From: Sulfolobales archaeon HS-7
GTDB taxonomy: Archaea; Thermoproteota; Thermoprotei_A; Sulfolobales; Sulfolobaceae
DNA: 64,000 bases
Assembly (NCBI GenBank): GCA_019704295.1
Contig: AP024596.1
Location: forward strand, 2,016,001 to 2,080,000
Reading direction: 5' to 3'
Both the position numbers and the translations under genes were made by a program. Shown one piece after another: positions 11,869 through 22,024 of this stretch. The first letter of the stretch is position 1, and each line of letters starts with the position of its first letter. The notes below the pieces were generated by a model that did no database searches, had not been told where the DNA came from, and worked only from the letters and a program-made list of their open reading frames with translations.

Positions 11869-12402
11869 ATGATTAGTTTTGATTATAGAGGGGAAATCAT
11901 TTCAATATATGGCGAATCAGGTAGTGGAAAGACTATACTTATGCTCGACTCGGCAACTAAGTATAAGAATAGTTTGTATATTTCTACCGAAGGGAAGGAA
12001 TATCAGGCTAGGGTAGTTTCAATACCTAAGATAAATTCTACTTTTTCCGAAAGTAGTTCCTATTCAGAACTTGCAAAAGAGATTGTTACGGCAAGTTTAG
12101 TAGGATACGAGTTGATAATAATAGATACAATAAATCATCTTTATCGAATTAATAGAAATTATAGAGAATTTTCCCATATTTTACAAATAATTAAGTCGTT
12201 CTCCATATCATACGGTATTAATTTCTTACTTGGCTGGCAAGTATCGATGAATTATAAAGTGTCGGGAGGAAAAATCATGTTATTTTATTCTGATAAAATC
12301 TTTAAAATAGAAAAAAAGTTTAAAAATAGAAGATATATCGTTACAGAAGATGGGAATAAATATTGCTTTGAAATAAAAGTATCCACGATAACGGGTTGCT
12401 GA
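11869..12402 (+). CDS. RecA-superfamily RadB/aRadC-like ATPase
   Basis: IYGESGSGKT, YISTEG, IIIDTI. Confidence 0.75.
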   Translation: MISFDYRGEIISIYGESGSGKTILMLDSATKYKNSLYISTEGKEYQARVVSIPKINSTFSESSSYSELAKEIVTASLVGYELIIIDTINHLYRINRNYREFSHILQIIKSFSISYGINFLLGWQVSMNYKVSGGKIMLFYSDKIFKIEKKFKNRRYIVTEDGNKYCFEIKVSTITGC

Positions 12403-12890
12403 ACGAATTAGCGGTAGGTATATTATACTATTTGCCGGCCTTTATTGCGAACGGTGGGGCTACATTCGTCAGAAAGGGTAAACCTATTGATTTCGGAAAA
12501 TTCTTTATCGACTCAAACCGAATTCTAGGTGACGGGAAAACGCTTGAGGGAACCCTTGTTGGAACAACGTTTGGAATTTTCTTCAGTATAGGCGAAGTGC
12601 GTATTTTTGGGCTTTACTGGATCGCAATCGGTGCTGGAGTGTCCATGTTTGCCCTCTTAGGAGATATAGCAGGGGCATTCATTAAGAGAAGACTCAAAAT
12701 TGAGAGGGGAGGAAGAGCCCCCATCCTTGACCAGCTCGACTTTGTCTTAGGGGCAACAGTGTTCCTCTTACTTTCACGCGTAAATCTTACGATATATCAA
12801 ATTGGGTTAGTATGTGTTCTAGCGCTTATTCTACATGTATTAACTAACAGAGTAGCTTATAGGTTAAAAATAAAATCCGTCCCGTGGTAA
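12396..12890 (+). CDS. carS: CDP-archaeol synthase
   Basis: PAFIANG, GDGKT, FIKRRL, LDQLDF, C-terminal VPW. Confidence 0.93.
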   Translation: MLNELAVGILYYLPAFIANGGATFVRKGKPIDFGKFFIDSNRILGDGKTLEGTLVGTTFGIFFSIGEVRIFGLYWIAIGAGVSMFALLGDIAGAFIKRRLKIERGGRAPILDQLDFVLGATVFLLLSRVNLTIYQIGLVCVLALILHVLTNRVAYRLKIKSVPW

Positions 12891-12900
12891 AGTAGTTCTT

Positions 12901-13230
12901 ATGAGTAAGAAACAGCAAAAGGACTTCTATCAGATCGTTTCGTCCTATCCTGTCGTTATTGTTATGCTTATACTTGCAATAGGTTTCATAGCTATTCTTG
13001 CTATTCCGTATTACGTGTCGCCGCTTACTTATGAAAACGGAGGACATCCCTCAGGTATAAACTACTTAGTGCTATTAGCAATGATCTTTGTGTTAATTGT
13101 TTCTGGAATTTATCTAATGGACCACGGGAACGCTACATGGGGATTTTCAATGATAATAGTAGGGTTACTATTTGGGGTTATGCTGATCTGGTTGATATAT
13201 GGTGCAAGCGCTCTTCATGCACTAGGATGA
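12901..13230 (+). CDS. Small membrane protein
   Basis: Three hydrophobic segments. Confidence 0.6.
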   Translation: MSKKQQKDFYQIVSSYPVVIVMLILAIGFIAILAIPYYVSPLTYENGGHPSGINYLVLLAMIFVLIVSGIYLMDHGNATWGFSMIIVGLLFGVMLIWLIYGASALHALG

Positions 13231-13281
13231 GGTAACGAATTTAACAGCAATTTTTAAGCGTAAAATAAGGAGAGTAAATTT

Positions 13282-13683
13282 ATGTCGAAGCTGACTATAT
13301 TGTTAGCAAATAGCTCGATGGAAAATTTCTATCATGCCTTAGTATTAGCAACTGATGCTCGAGCTATGAGATGGGAGGTGTTTGTATTCGTAACTTCAGA
13401 GGCGGTTATTCTCTTTACAAAGAAAAGAAACGGTAAAACTAAGTCTTCTCTAGGTTATCTTGCAGGGTTTTTCGTAAAATTTCGATTAAGAAAATTAGGT
13501 GTAAGTAAAACTGAAGAAATGTTAAGGAAAGCTGTTGAAATGGGGGTGAAGTTTTTTGTAGATGAAATAGGACTTAAGCTTGCAGGATACACTCCTGATG
13601 ACATAATCGACAAAGTAGAGCTAAGCGGGGGTGTGTCATTTTTACAAGAAGCAAGAGAGTCGGATGTGGTGGTAAGTCTATGA
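13282..13683 (+). CDS. DsrE/DsrF-like protein
   Basis: VFVFVT.EAV, AVEMGVKFF, G..SFL.EA..SDVV. Confidence 0.75.
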   Translation: MSKLTILLANSSMENFYHALVLATDARAMRWEVFVFVTSEAVILFTKKRNGKTKSSLGYLAGFFVKFRLRKLGVSKTEEMLRKAVEMGVKFFVDEIGLKLAGYTPDDIIDKVELSGGVSFLQEARESDVVVSL

Positions 13684-13922
13684 GTAATGCGAAAACCTTT
13701 ATAATTGATTCTAACGACGTCTGTTCAGTTACGTTATCTAATATAGTAAAAATATGGTCTAATGCCTCAATAAATGACGTAATAGTCGTCAAAACCTCTT
13801 GGAAGGCCTCAGTTAAGGAACTTGAGAGGTGGTGTCAAGAAACCAATAATGTTATGGAAAACGTTTCTACTGAAAACGGAAAATATGTGATCAGAATAAG
13901 ATTAACTACGCCTTTCGGATAG
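13680..13922 (+). CDS. TusA-like sulfur carrier
   Basis: N-terminal D...C, ELERWCQETNN; coupled to the DsrE-like gene. Confidence 0.65.
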   Translation: MSNAKTFIIDSNDVCSVTLSNIVKIWSNASINDVIVVKTSWKASVKELERWCQETNNVMENVSTENGKYVIRIRLTTPFG

Positions 13923-13933
13923 GTTTTACTTCA

Positions 13934-14845
13934 TCACTTACCAAAGTTTCTCTTTCTTTTTTGATACGACCTTATTGCCCTCCATAAGTCTATATCCCTG
14001 AAATCGGGCCAATTTACATCACAAAAGTAAAGTTCTGAGTAAGCTATATGCCACAACAAAAAGTTACTTATCCTAATTTCCCCCGCCGTTCTTATAACCA
14101 AATCTATATCGTCGACTTCATTCAAATATAGATGTTTTCTAATAATCTCTTCATTTATCTGATCTAAGGTAATTTTACCTTCCTTATACTCTACGGCTAA
14201 ATGCTTAACAACGTCTATTATTTCTTGTCTGCCCCCATAACATATTGCTAATGTAAGAAGTCGCTCTTTATAATGTTCTGTCTTATTCGTTATATCGTTA
14301 ATGGTAGAAACTAAGTTTTCTGGTAAGACGGTTATATCCCCAATAACTTTTACTTTAATATTATTTTTATATATTATTTGATCATTAATGAGGTCCTCGA
14401 GACCTCTCTTAACATACCCAAGAATAATACGTAATTCCTCAGCGCTCCTCTTAGTGCAGTTTTCTGAGGAGAGAGTAAATATCGTAACATTCCTTATGCC
14501 TAAGTCGAGCAACCAATACATAACTTGTTTCACCTTGAGATATCCTATTTCATACGCTTCATCTAAACTCGCATCATTATTTCTAGCCCATCGTCTATTT
14601 CCGTCAGGTATAATTCCCACGTGCTTAGGCATAGGTCCGTTGGAAATCTCGTCCCACAACCTCTTTTTATATACCTTGTACGCAATACCATTCATAGCAT
14701 CTAATATGGAACCTCTTTGCATGCCCCTGCCTACGTTAGTACTAATTATTGAGTTTAAATATATCATCCTAATTTGTTCAGGAGATTTCCCCGAATTTCG
14801 GTATACGACCCTCTTGTAAATGTAATCACAGGACAAGTCGTACAT
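13934..14845 (-). CDS. uppS: cis-prenyltransferase UppS
   Basis: [35 protein letters not shown]; true start probably downstream of 14845. Confidence 0.93.
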   Translation of the reverse strand: MYDLSCDYIYKRVVYRNSGKSPEQIRMIYLNSIISTNVGRGMQRGSILDAMNGIAYKVYKKRLWDEISNGPMPKHVGIIPDGNRRWARNNDASLDEAYEIGYLKVKQVMYWLLDLGIRNVTIFTLSSENCTKRSAEELRIILGYVKRGLEDLINDQIIYKNNIKVKVIGDITVLPENLVSTINDITNKTEHYKERLLTLAICYGGRQEIIDVVKHLAVEYKEGKITLDQINEEIIRKHLYLNEVDDIDLVIRTAGEIRISNFLLWHIAYSELYFCDVNWPDFRDIDLWRAIRSYQKRKRNFGK

Positions 14846-14992
14846 TACTGATTTACAGCACTTTCATGAGTTTCAGGAGGTTCAGACATATTATACATGC
14901 AGCAATTAACGGTTTTCTATTCCAATAAGACAATTCTAATAAGTATTGACGCTAATTACGTATAATTCAAAAGTATTATAACTAGAGAGATT

Positions 14993-15142
14993 CAGGGTTC
15001 TTTACAAATTGTAATTTATAACAAAGTATGGACAAAATGCAGTAAATTGTTTAGCGTAAATCTTCTACTAGTCGTTGCAATATTAAATTTGTTACAGCCA
15101 TCGAAATAAACTAAATTCACGAAAGGGACGTAAATTACCCTG
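14993..15142 (+). mobile_element. MITE-like repeat (family B)
   Basis: Aligns with 11023-11180 (CAGGGTTCTTT...GCAGTAAATTGTTTAGCGTAAATC). Confidence 0.65.
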
Positions 15143-15285
15143 CACCTATCTTATAAGTATATTGTCCTTTTTCACTCATTATTGAACCCCTTATTGAGTT
15201 CTAAAATTTCTGTTTTTTACTTTTAGCCGAAAAAAATACGCTTTATGAAATACGTTTTTTAGCCTTCAAAGCATACTGTTTATTT

Positions 15286-16149
15286 ATGAGTGATAATCCT
15301 TTCAGAATTCAAAGACAGCCAAGGGATCTGAGAAAGCAGCCAGCTGCTATTCAGGCCGTTGATACAAAGATTCAAGTAAATATGAGTAAAATTAGACATA
15401 AAATTGCCGTATTAAGTGGAAAAGGAGGCGTAGGAAAATCTTTTGTCTCATCTAATATCGCTTTAGCCATAGCAAGCACGGGTAAAAGAGTAGGCGTAGT
15501 AGATGTTGATTTTCATGGGCCTTCAATACCTAAAATGATGGGTATAAGGGGTAAGTCGTTATACGCAGATGAACAAGGAATTATCCCAGTTGACGGACCT
15601 TTCGGAGTAAAAGTAGTCTCTATGGATTTCCTTTTACCTAAGGACGATACTCCTGTAGTTTGGAGGGGAGCAATAAAGCATACAGCGATAAAGCAGTTTC
15701 TAGGAGATGTAAAGTGGGGGGAGTTAGATTACCTTTTCGTAGATATGCCTCCCGGTACAGGCGACGAGGCTCTTTCAATAATGCAATTACTGTCAAATCC
15801 AACGGGTTTCATAATCGTCACCATACCAAGCGAGGTATCCACATTAGCAGTGAAAAAATCGATATCATTCGCGAAAACTACTAATACGAAAATATTAGGA
15901 ATTATCGAAAACATGAGCTATTATGAGTGCGGTAATGAGAGACATTATATTTTTGGGAAAGAAAAAGGAAGGAAAATGGCTGAGGAAATGGGAGTCCCGT
16001 TATTAGGTGAAGTTCCAATTGACGAAAGGATAGCCGAGTCCAACGATCTTGGGGAACCATTTTTCCTAAGATATCCCGACTCAGAAACTGCTAAAGCTTT
16101 TCTCAAAATTGCTGAAAGCGTATTAAATATAGTAGAAAAGGGAGGATGA
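15286..16149 (+). CDS. Mrp/Nbp35 Fe-S carrier ATPase
   Basis: SGKGGVGKS, DMPPGTGD, ENMS. Confidence 0.93.
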   Translation: MSDNPFRIQRQPRDLRKQPAAIQAVDTKIQVNMSKIRHKIAVLSGKGGVGKSFVSSNIALAIASTGKRVGVVDVDFHGPSIPKMMGIRGKSLYADEQGIIPVDGPFGVKVVSMDFLLPKDDTPVVWRGAIKHTAIKQFLGDVKWGELDYLFVDMPPGTGDEALSIMQLLSNPTGFIIVTIPSEVSTLAVKKSISFAKTTNTKILGIIENMSYYECGNERHYIFGKEKGRKMAEEMGVPLLGEVPIDERIAESNDLGEPFFLRYPDSETAKAFLKIAESVLNIVEKGG

Positions 16150-17444
16150 TGGATACTTTAACCCCTTTAACGTTATTATTCTTGATCTTATCAGCATTAG
16201 TATCACCAATAGCCCTTTCCTCTTACTATCAAATTGGTTCAAATTATCCGATGGGGATAACTGCCTATTCGCTTTTTAGCGATATATATACGAATTTCGT
16301 AGAAGGCGAGATCAACATCTCTCGCCTATTCATAGGGAATGACATCTTACCAGGTTATGGATACTTTGGAACGGGCAACGCATCATTACAACTAAATGCC
16401 ATGATCGATGGACTATTTTGGTCGCAAAACGTATTCCTAGTTCAGCAAATTTCAAACCACTCCTATAAGATAACGCCAATTGTAAATTTCTGGAACTTGA
16501 GCGGACCTATCTACTTAAATGGAAATAAAACTGTATATGACGGACTTGGTGTCTTGTGTTATCAAGGTAAATCTTTCTATGTGAGTATGCCTGCCTCCTT
16601 AAGTCTCTTTATGAATATTTCTACGACGCTTCAGTTCGGATATAGATATAATAATATTACGAGAATCTATTATAGTATTCCGATTAGAGGAACTTTTCAA
16701 ATAGGTGGAATATCATTAGCTGGAATTCCTAATGACTTAGAATTTGTCTGGGGAGGTCCAGGAGGAGGAAGTTGTGCTCAACTCTCGTTAAATGCAACAA
16801 GTAATCTTTATTACAATAACCACGGTAAAACATCTCTATTTCCAGAAACGTTATCGATTGGTTTTGATACCGCAGAGACCGTTTCCGGTGTACATGTAAG
16901 TGCAAATCTAAAGAACTTGTTATCTCCTTATGCCTTGGAAAACAATGGAAAGGATAATCCAGAGGTACTATGGCCAGTCCCCCCGAACATTACCCTTATC
17001 ACTAACGCGACAAGGCTTAAGGTTATGATGAAATTCGACGGAATGCCCTTAAACTTTCAACAGGTTTACCTAGAGAGAATAGGGTTGGGCGTTGAGAGAG
17101 TTGGATCAAACTATACAGTTAATGGTACTACCTATTTTAACCTATCAGTATCATCGAGTTATTTCGTATACTACCCAGGCAACTTTACCCTATCTTCTGA
17201 ATACCAGTTCGCATCCCCAATTTTAGATTCCCTCTATTCTAATATCGAAAGTACTTTTCATGATGCATATACCGGATTAACCCATTTCCTATCGAGTTAT
17301 AACCATAATAAAGCGCTCAAGTCGGACTTCCATGTGAAATATAAAGGAAGGCTGACTATATCTGACGCAGTTATTTATTTAGTAGCGTTTGTTTTTGGCA
17401 TTTTAATAGCTGTTGTCGCTTCAAAATATAAAAAAGATTTATGA
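16146..17444 (+). CDS. Thermopsin-like peptidase
   Basis: Signal peptide, PMGI, ASLQLNA, WSQNV, DLEFVWGGPGGG, DTAET, C-terminal TM. Confidence 0.88.
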   Translation: MMDTLTPLTLLFLILSALVSPIALSSYYQIGSNYPMGITAYSLFSDIYTNFVEGEINISRLFIGNDILPGYGYFGTGNASLQLNAMIDGLFWSQNVFLVQQISNHSYKITPIVNFWNLSGPIYLNGNKTVYDGLGVLCYQGKSFYVSMPASLSLFMNISTTLQFGYRYNNITRIYYSIPIRGTFQIGGISLAGIPNDLEFVWGGPGGGSCAQLSLNATSNLYYNNHGKTSLFPETLSIGFDTAETVSGVHVSANLKNLLSPYALENNGKDNPEVLWPVPPNITLITNATRLKVMMKFDGMPLNFQQVYLERIGLGVERVGSNYTVNGTTYFNLSVSSSYFVYYPGNFTLSSEYQFASPILDSLYSNIESTFHDAYTGLTHFLSSYNHNKALKSDFHVKYKGRLTISDAVIYLVAFVFGILIAVVASKYKKDL

Positions 17445-17488
17445 ATTAGAATGGATCAAAAATAGAGATTAGTGAAGTAGGAATAAAT

Positions 17489-18082
17489 ATGGAACTACGA
17501 AATAAATGTATAGAGTCTACTTACGCAAAGTTAGACGTAAAAGACTACTTACCTAAGTCTTCTCACAAGTATATAAACCAGCCCGAGTTTTTTGAGAAAC
17601 CTATACCGATTACGAACGAGATTAATATGACGGCCCTTTCACTTGGCCTATATATGTTGGATCAACTCGAAATAACTAATGATTCAAAGGTCCTCGAAAT
17701 AGGAACTGGTGCAGGATTCTATACAGATATAATAGCGGGATGTACAAACTCCCAAGTTTTCTCTATGGAAATAGACAAAGATGTTTACAGCAAAGCTAAG
17801 AACGTTATAAAAAGCAAAAATGTTAGTCTCATACATGGTGACGGAGGTCAAGGATTTCAGGAAGGTAGCCCATTTGATAGAATAATTGCCTGGGCATTAT
17901 TTCCCGCAATTCCTTGCATTCCATTCACTCAATTAAAACGCGGAGGAATAATAATAGCTCCAATACAGGTAAGGGAAAAACAGATATTATTTAAGATTAT
18001 AAAGGGCGAAACCGTCGGAATGATCAAGTTAGGAGAAGTTATCTTTACTAAAGCTAAGGGGATTTGTGGTTTTCTAGAATAA
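17489..18082 (+). CDS. pcm: Protein-L-isoaspartate O-methyltransferase-like
   Basis: VLEIGTGAG, GDG..G...PFDRI, QLKRGG. Confidence 0.8.
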   Translation: MELRNKCIESTYAKLDVKDYLPKSSHKYINQPEFFEKPIPITNEINMTALSLGLYMLDQLEITNDSKVLEIGTGAGFYTDIIAGCTNSQVFSMEIDKDVYSKAKNVIKSKNVSLIHGDGGQGFQEGSPFDRIIAWALFPAIPCIPFTQLKRGGIIIAPIQVREKQILFKIIKGETVGMIKLGEVIFTKAKGICGFLE

Positions 18083-18254
18083 TGTTTACACTTCTTGAAT
18101 GTTAAGTATCTAGTGTTAATACCTTTCATAAGGATTTTATAGGAATTGAAAGACTTCATTACTTTCTCGTAATACGAAGCGAACGAGCAATGAGCGAGTA
18201 ATGAGGATAATCCTTCTCACTAAAAATCATTTTACAGATAATACATTAATCATA

Positions 18255-18445
18255 GTATTAACAGTCTAAGCGTTACCACTACACCTAAGCAGGGTCCATG
18301 TGGTACCCCTCTATTCCAAATCATCAGCCCTATATGGATTCCCCTGATATAAAGCTCAATGCTGGGGCTCTTAATGTTTGTGGAACTCTTTACCGCTGGC
18401 GGGGAACAGGAAGCCTCGCCCCTAACATCAGGGTAATTTACATTT
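18255..18445 (+). mobile_element. Degenerate IS605/tnpB right-end remnant
   Basis: GTGGAACT...GAACAGGAAGCCTCGCCCCT...GGGTAATTTAC end pattern. Confidence 0.5.
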
Positions 18446-18542
18446 TTAGTTAGCATTTTTTCTTCTAGGTGTCTCAGGACGTCGAGATAAAGCGTTCTCG
18501 ACCTTCATGTCCCTTAGCGTTAGAGATCTGAAGGAGTAAAAA

Positions 18543-20264
18543 TCAATTATCATTTAACAATCTCTGTTTCACTATATCTATGTTATTCTCAGCATTGAAG
18601 AAAACTGGAACGTCATGTGGCAGAGCAGCCTTAAAGCTTACAAGAAGCCACTGACCAACATCTAAGTCTAAAGTCATATCTAGAAGCATGTCACTAATTG
18701 CAAACGTTTCAGCTACAAGCTGCCTGTCGTACGGTCTAGGCATAATACTGATGAAATAACTATGTAGTTGTTGGATTACATTAGTGTTTAAGTATGCCAA
18801 CCTTTGCGTACTTATAAGTCCGTGTAGTCTATACTTTCTTCCTTGTCTTAACAACTTTTCAATGGCTTCACTTGACTGGTAGGTGTTATCCTTACTTCTC
18901 GTATCGTAAGGTATGAACTCCTGGGCTTCGTCAATGACGAAGGCTATTGGGGGTTTCGTAGTATATGATCTTCTCCTTTTATCTATGATCGAGTTAATCA
19001 CTTGAGAGGCTATAGTACGGATATCGGATGAATTAGGACTCTCTATTACGAATAATTTCTCCTTTCCATCCAAGATATCAAGGACAAGCGACTCTACGTC
19101 GTATACCTTATTGTCTTCTTCATGTTCTATGTTAATATATCCCCTTATCCCGGAAATAAAGGTAAATAGGGACGAGTTTTCCCTAAGTTTACTTTCTTGT
19201 GCGATCTCCTCCACCTCATCGAGCAGGCTCCTCAGTTCACTATCAATTAAATCCTCCTTAGAGAGATTCCTATCCCTCATGTACCTATCAAGCTTACTTA
19301 ACATAAGCTTGAATAAAGGCTTCTGAGCTATTGCTGTGTACTTATCCTCTAACTGTTCATTAACTAGTCTAATCAATTCACCATACGTTAAATAACCGAT
19401 CCCCTCAGGTTTGATATATATATGCTTTATCTTCTCTTTAGTATATAATATCCTGAACTTATTTTCAATTTTCTCTGTAATATCCTCCAACTCCTCTGGA
19501 ATCACGTGACTCCTCACCAATCTTTTAGAAGAATTTGAAGCTTCTGGTGGAAGTCGTTCGGTAGTTACAATTTTAGAGGGATAATTTGACAGTACGTCAA
19601 GTAATAATATTGCATATTCCATAGATAAATCAAAAATTACTATTTTGTAGTCGGAACTCTCGATAACTTTTCTAATTAATGTAGCTATAAGATTCGATTT
19701 TCCAGTACCAGTAAATGCAAAAATTCCAGTATGGTATTTAATTAATCGGTCTAGATCTATTCGAAGTTCGCTTCCAGTTGTTAATAGGTTACCAATTTTG
19801 ACCCCCTTACTACTAGAAACGAAACTGTCATACGATTCTTTTGTGAATATTCTAACTTCAGAGCCTATGAGGGGAGGAGAATATCCCCTTTTTATCACGC
19901 TTAGCTTTTCATCAATTAGATAGCCTGCAGGCGACGCATATATTTCTAGCCAAACATTTCTCGGAATAGGAGAATCCCAACTCTCACTAACCCTTTTCAT
20001 TATTTCTTGTCGTAACTCAACCGGTAGCGAATTGTCAACACCTATCATAGAGTAATGCATGGGTATGTAGTCAACTATTTCCATCACTAAGTAAAGTCCC
20101 GATACCGACTTAACCCCCAGTAATTGACCTATAGCTATTTTATCCCTTAAGGAAAAGGGCATTTCTATTACGAAGTTGCGGAAAGTAATTGTACTCCTGT
20201 TATCAGACGTAGGCCTTGTATAGACCCTTACCTCCCTAAGCCTCCCAGTTTCGCGCTCGAACAA
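18543..20264 (-). CDS. HerA-family ATPase
   Basis: HAS-barrel-like N-terminus, AFTGTGKS, IDEAQEF, RQGRKY, STQR. Confidence 0.85.
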   Translation of the reverse strand: MFERETGRLREVRVYTRPTSDNRSTITFRNFVIEMPFSLRDKIAIGQLLGVKSVSGLYLVMEIVDYIPMHYSMIGVDNSLPVELRQEIMKRVSESWDSPIPRNVWLEIYASPAGYLIDEKLSVIKRGYSPPLIGSEVRIFTKESYDSFVSSSKGVKIGNLLTTGSELRIDLDRLIKYHTGIFAFTGTGKSNLIATLIRKVIESSDYKIVIFDLSMEYAILLLDVLSNYPSKIVTTERLPPEASNSSKRLVRSHVIPEELEDITEKIENKFRILYTKEKIKHIYIKPEGIGYLTYGELIRLVNEQLEDKYTAIAQKPLFKLMLSKLDRYMRDRNLSKEDLIDSELRSLLDEVEEIAQESKLRENSSLFTFISGIRGYINIEHEEDNKVYDVESLVLDILDGKEKLFVIESPNSSDIRTIASQVINSIIDKRRRSYTTKPPIAFVIDEAQEFIPYDTRSKDNTYQSSEAIEKLLRQGRKYRLHGLISTQRLAYLNTNVIQQLHSYFISIMPRPYDRQLVAETFAISDMLLDMTLDLDVGQWLLVSFKAALPHDVPVFFNAENNIDIVKQRLLNDN

Positions 20265-20982
20265 GGCGTTGTACCTCCACTGCGCTTCTGAAATCCCTAT
20301 ATCTAATCTTATCGTTTTCTCTTTTTAATATAGCCTTTCCCTCCTTTAGATAGTATTTAGCTATTTTATCAGCGAGAAAAAGAGGGTAGTTATATCCCAA
20401 CGCTTCAGGAACAGGTTCATTCCCTAACACTGATAAGAGGTACAGTAGTTGAGAGGGCTCTAAGTCTGTCATATTTTGATACATAAATACCCATGTAATA
20501 TCGGTTAAACGGAAAAACCCAGTTTTAATCCCTTCATAAGTTGTTTGTGAAGTTATCCAAGGGGCGTTGGCTATATTCGATAAGTAAATTCTATCATTTT
20601 GAAAAAAAACGCTTGTCCTAAAGTCCTTGACTATACCTACGACTTTATTGCTAGGTACTATTCCCCTTTTTATATCAAAGGATAACTTCCTGTCCATGAA
20701 TATAATATCTGACGTTTCATTCGTCATTTGCTTATATTCCATCTTTGTCATTTCCTCATCTTCAGAGGAACACTCCATCACGTTTACGTCATATGCCACT
20801 TTATTTATTTCAAATGTATTCTCAACTACTCTTCCTCTAACTATACCTACTGTTATGTAACAGATTCTACTGTCAATGTACTCTTCAGTTAGAAAAGAAC
20901 CATCAATCGCACTAAAGGAGAGAGAATTAATGGTTTTCCTGTCCCTTATAAACTTTATTACGTCAGTGTTCTTTTCTGACAT
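20236..20982 (-). CDS. NurA-like nuclease
   Basis: AIDGS, VGIVKD, GYNYPLFLAD..AK. Confidence 0.75.
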   Translation of the reverse strand: MSEKNTDVIKFIRDRKTINSLSFSAIDGSFLTEEYIDSRICYITVGIVRGRVVENTFEINKVAYDVNVMECSSEDEEMTKMEYKQMTNETSDIIFMDRKLSFDIKRGIVPSNKVVGIVKDFRTSVFFQNDRIYLSNIANAPWITSQTTYEGIKTGFFRLTDITWVFMYQNMTDLEPSQLLYLLSVLGNEPVPEALGYNYPLFLADKIAKYYLKEGKAILKRENDKIRYRDFRSAVEVQRLVRARNWEA

Positions 20983-20984
20983 AA

Positions 20985-21902
20985 ATGACAGATACTCCTT
21001 TAATGCTTATATCTGACTATGTTATCCCTGAATTAAGGATACTAGAGGCTAACGAGCTAAGAAAGAGAGGGATCAGTCAGACAAAAATAGCGTATGTGTT
21101 AGGAGTATCTCAACCCGCAGTAAAAAAGTATCTTGAAAGCGATATTATTAAAGCTGAGAAGAATTTAGTTAAGGTTGGAATTGATGAGCCAAGTATTCAC
21201 GAGTTCCTTGACAGTGTTATACCGATATTACTAGAAGGTGAAAAGGAGAAGGCGATGCTTTTTACTACACTTTGGTCTCTAAAAAATTTGTCCTTGCTAA
21301 AATTATGTGACTTTCACAAAACGATCCAAAGAATTTCTCCGTCGTGCAATATATGCAAAGGAATATACGTTGAAAATGAGGAGAAGGAATTAGAGGTTGC
21401 CCTCTCCTTAATAAAGTATAAGGGCGTGGCTTGTCTTATCCCAGAGGTTATGAGTAATTTAGCTTACGCGAAGCATAATCCAAAATCAATAAGCGATATA
21501 ATGGCTATACCTGGAAGAATTATTAAGGTTAAGGACACCATTATAGTCCCCAATGGTCCAGAATGGGGGGGCAGTAAACATTTAGCTACAATCTTGCTTT
21601 CCTTAGCGCGTAAAAAGGAAGGAGATAGAAGTATAAGAGCTGTGATGAACATTAAGTACTCTAAAGATCTAGATGATGTATTAGACAAACTTAACTTTAA
21701 ATACGCCAAGGTCTCAGGGGGAAGTACAGACGAAGAGATTGCAGAAATAGTAAGCGAAAGTTGTAATAACTGTGACGTTGTAATTCACACAGGAGGAATA
21801 GGAATCGAACCTATAACCTACGTATTTGGCCAGGATCCAATAACTACAGTAACAAAAGTCATTAAAATAGCGGATTTATACTGCGGTAAGAAAAGTAATT
21901 GA
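20985..21902 (+). CDS. HTH-ThiN domain regulator (ThiR-like)
   Basis: SQTKIA..LGVSQPAV HTH; LIPEVMSN, GGSKHLA, GIEP. Confidence 0.8.
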   Translation: MTDTPLMLISDYVIPELRILEANELRKRGISQTKIAYVLGVSQPAVKKYLESDIIKAEKNLVKVGIDEPSIHEFLDSVIPILLEGEKEKAMLFTTLWSLKNLSLLKLCDFHKTIQRISPSCNICKGIYVENEEKELEVALSLIKYKGVACLIPEVMSNLAYAKHNPKSISDIMAIPGRIIKVKDTIIVPNGPEWGGSKHLATILLSLARKKEGDRSIRAVMNIKYSKDLDDVLDKLNFKYAKVSGGSTDEEIAEIVSESCNNCDVVIHTGGIGIEPITYVFGQDPITTVTKVIKIADLYCGKKSN

Positions 21903-22024
21903 AAGTTGAACTAAGAAGGCTCAGTCCTCAAGACCTAATTCATTATATCGCCTTAGTCCCGATTCATCATAGCAAGTACTATGTGTCCAAAAGTGATTTT
22001 AAACTAAGTTGAATAAGTTGATTA

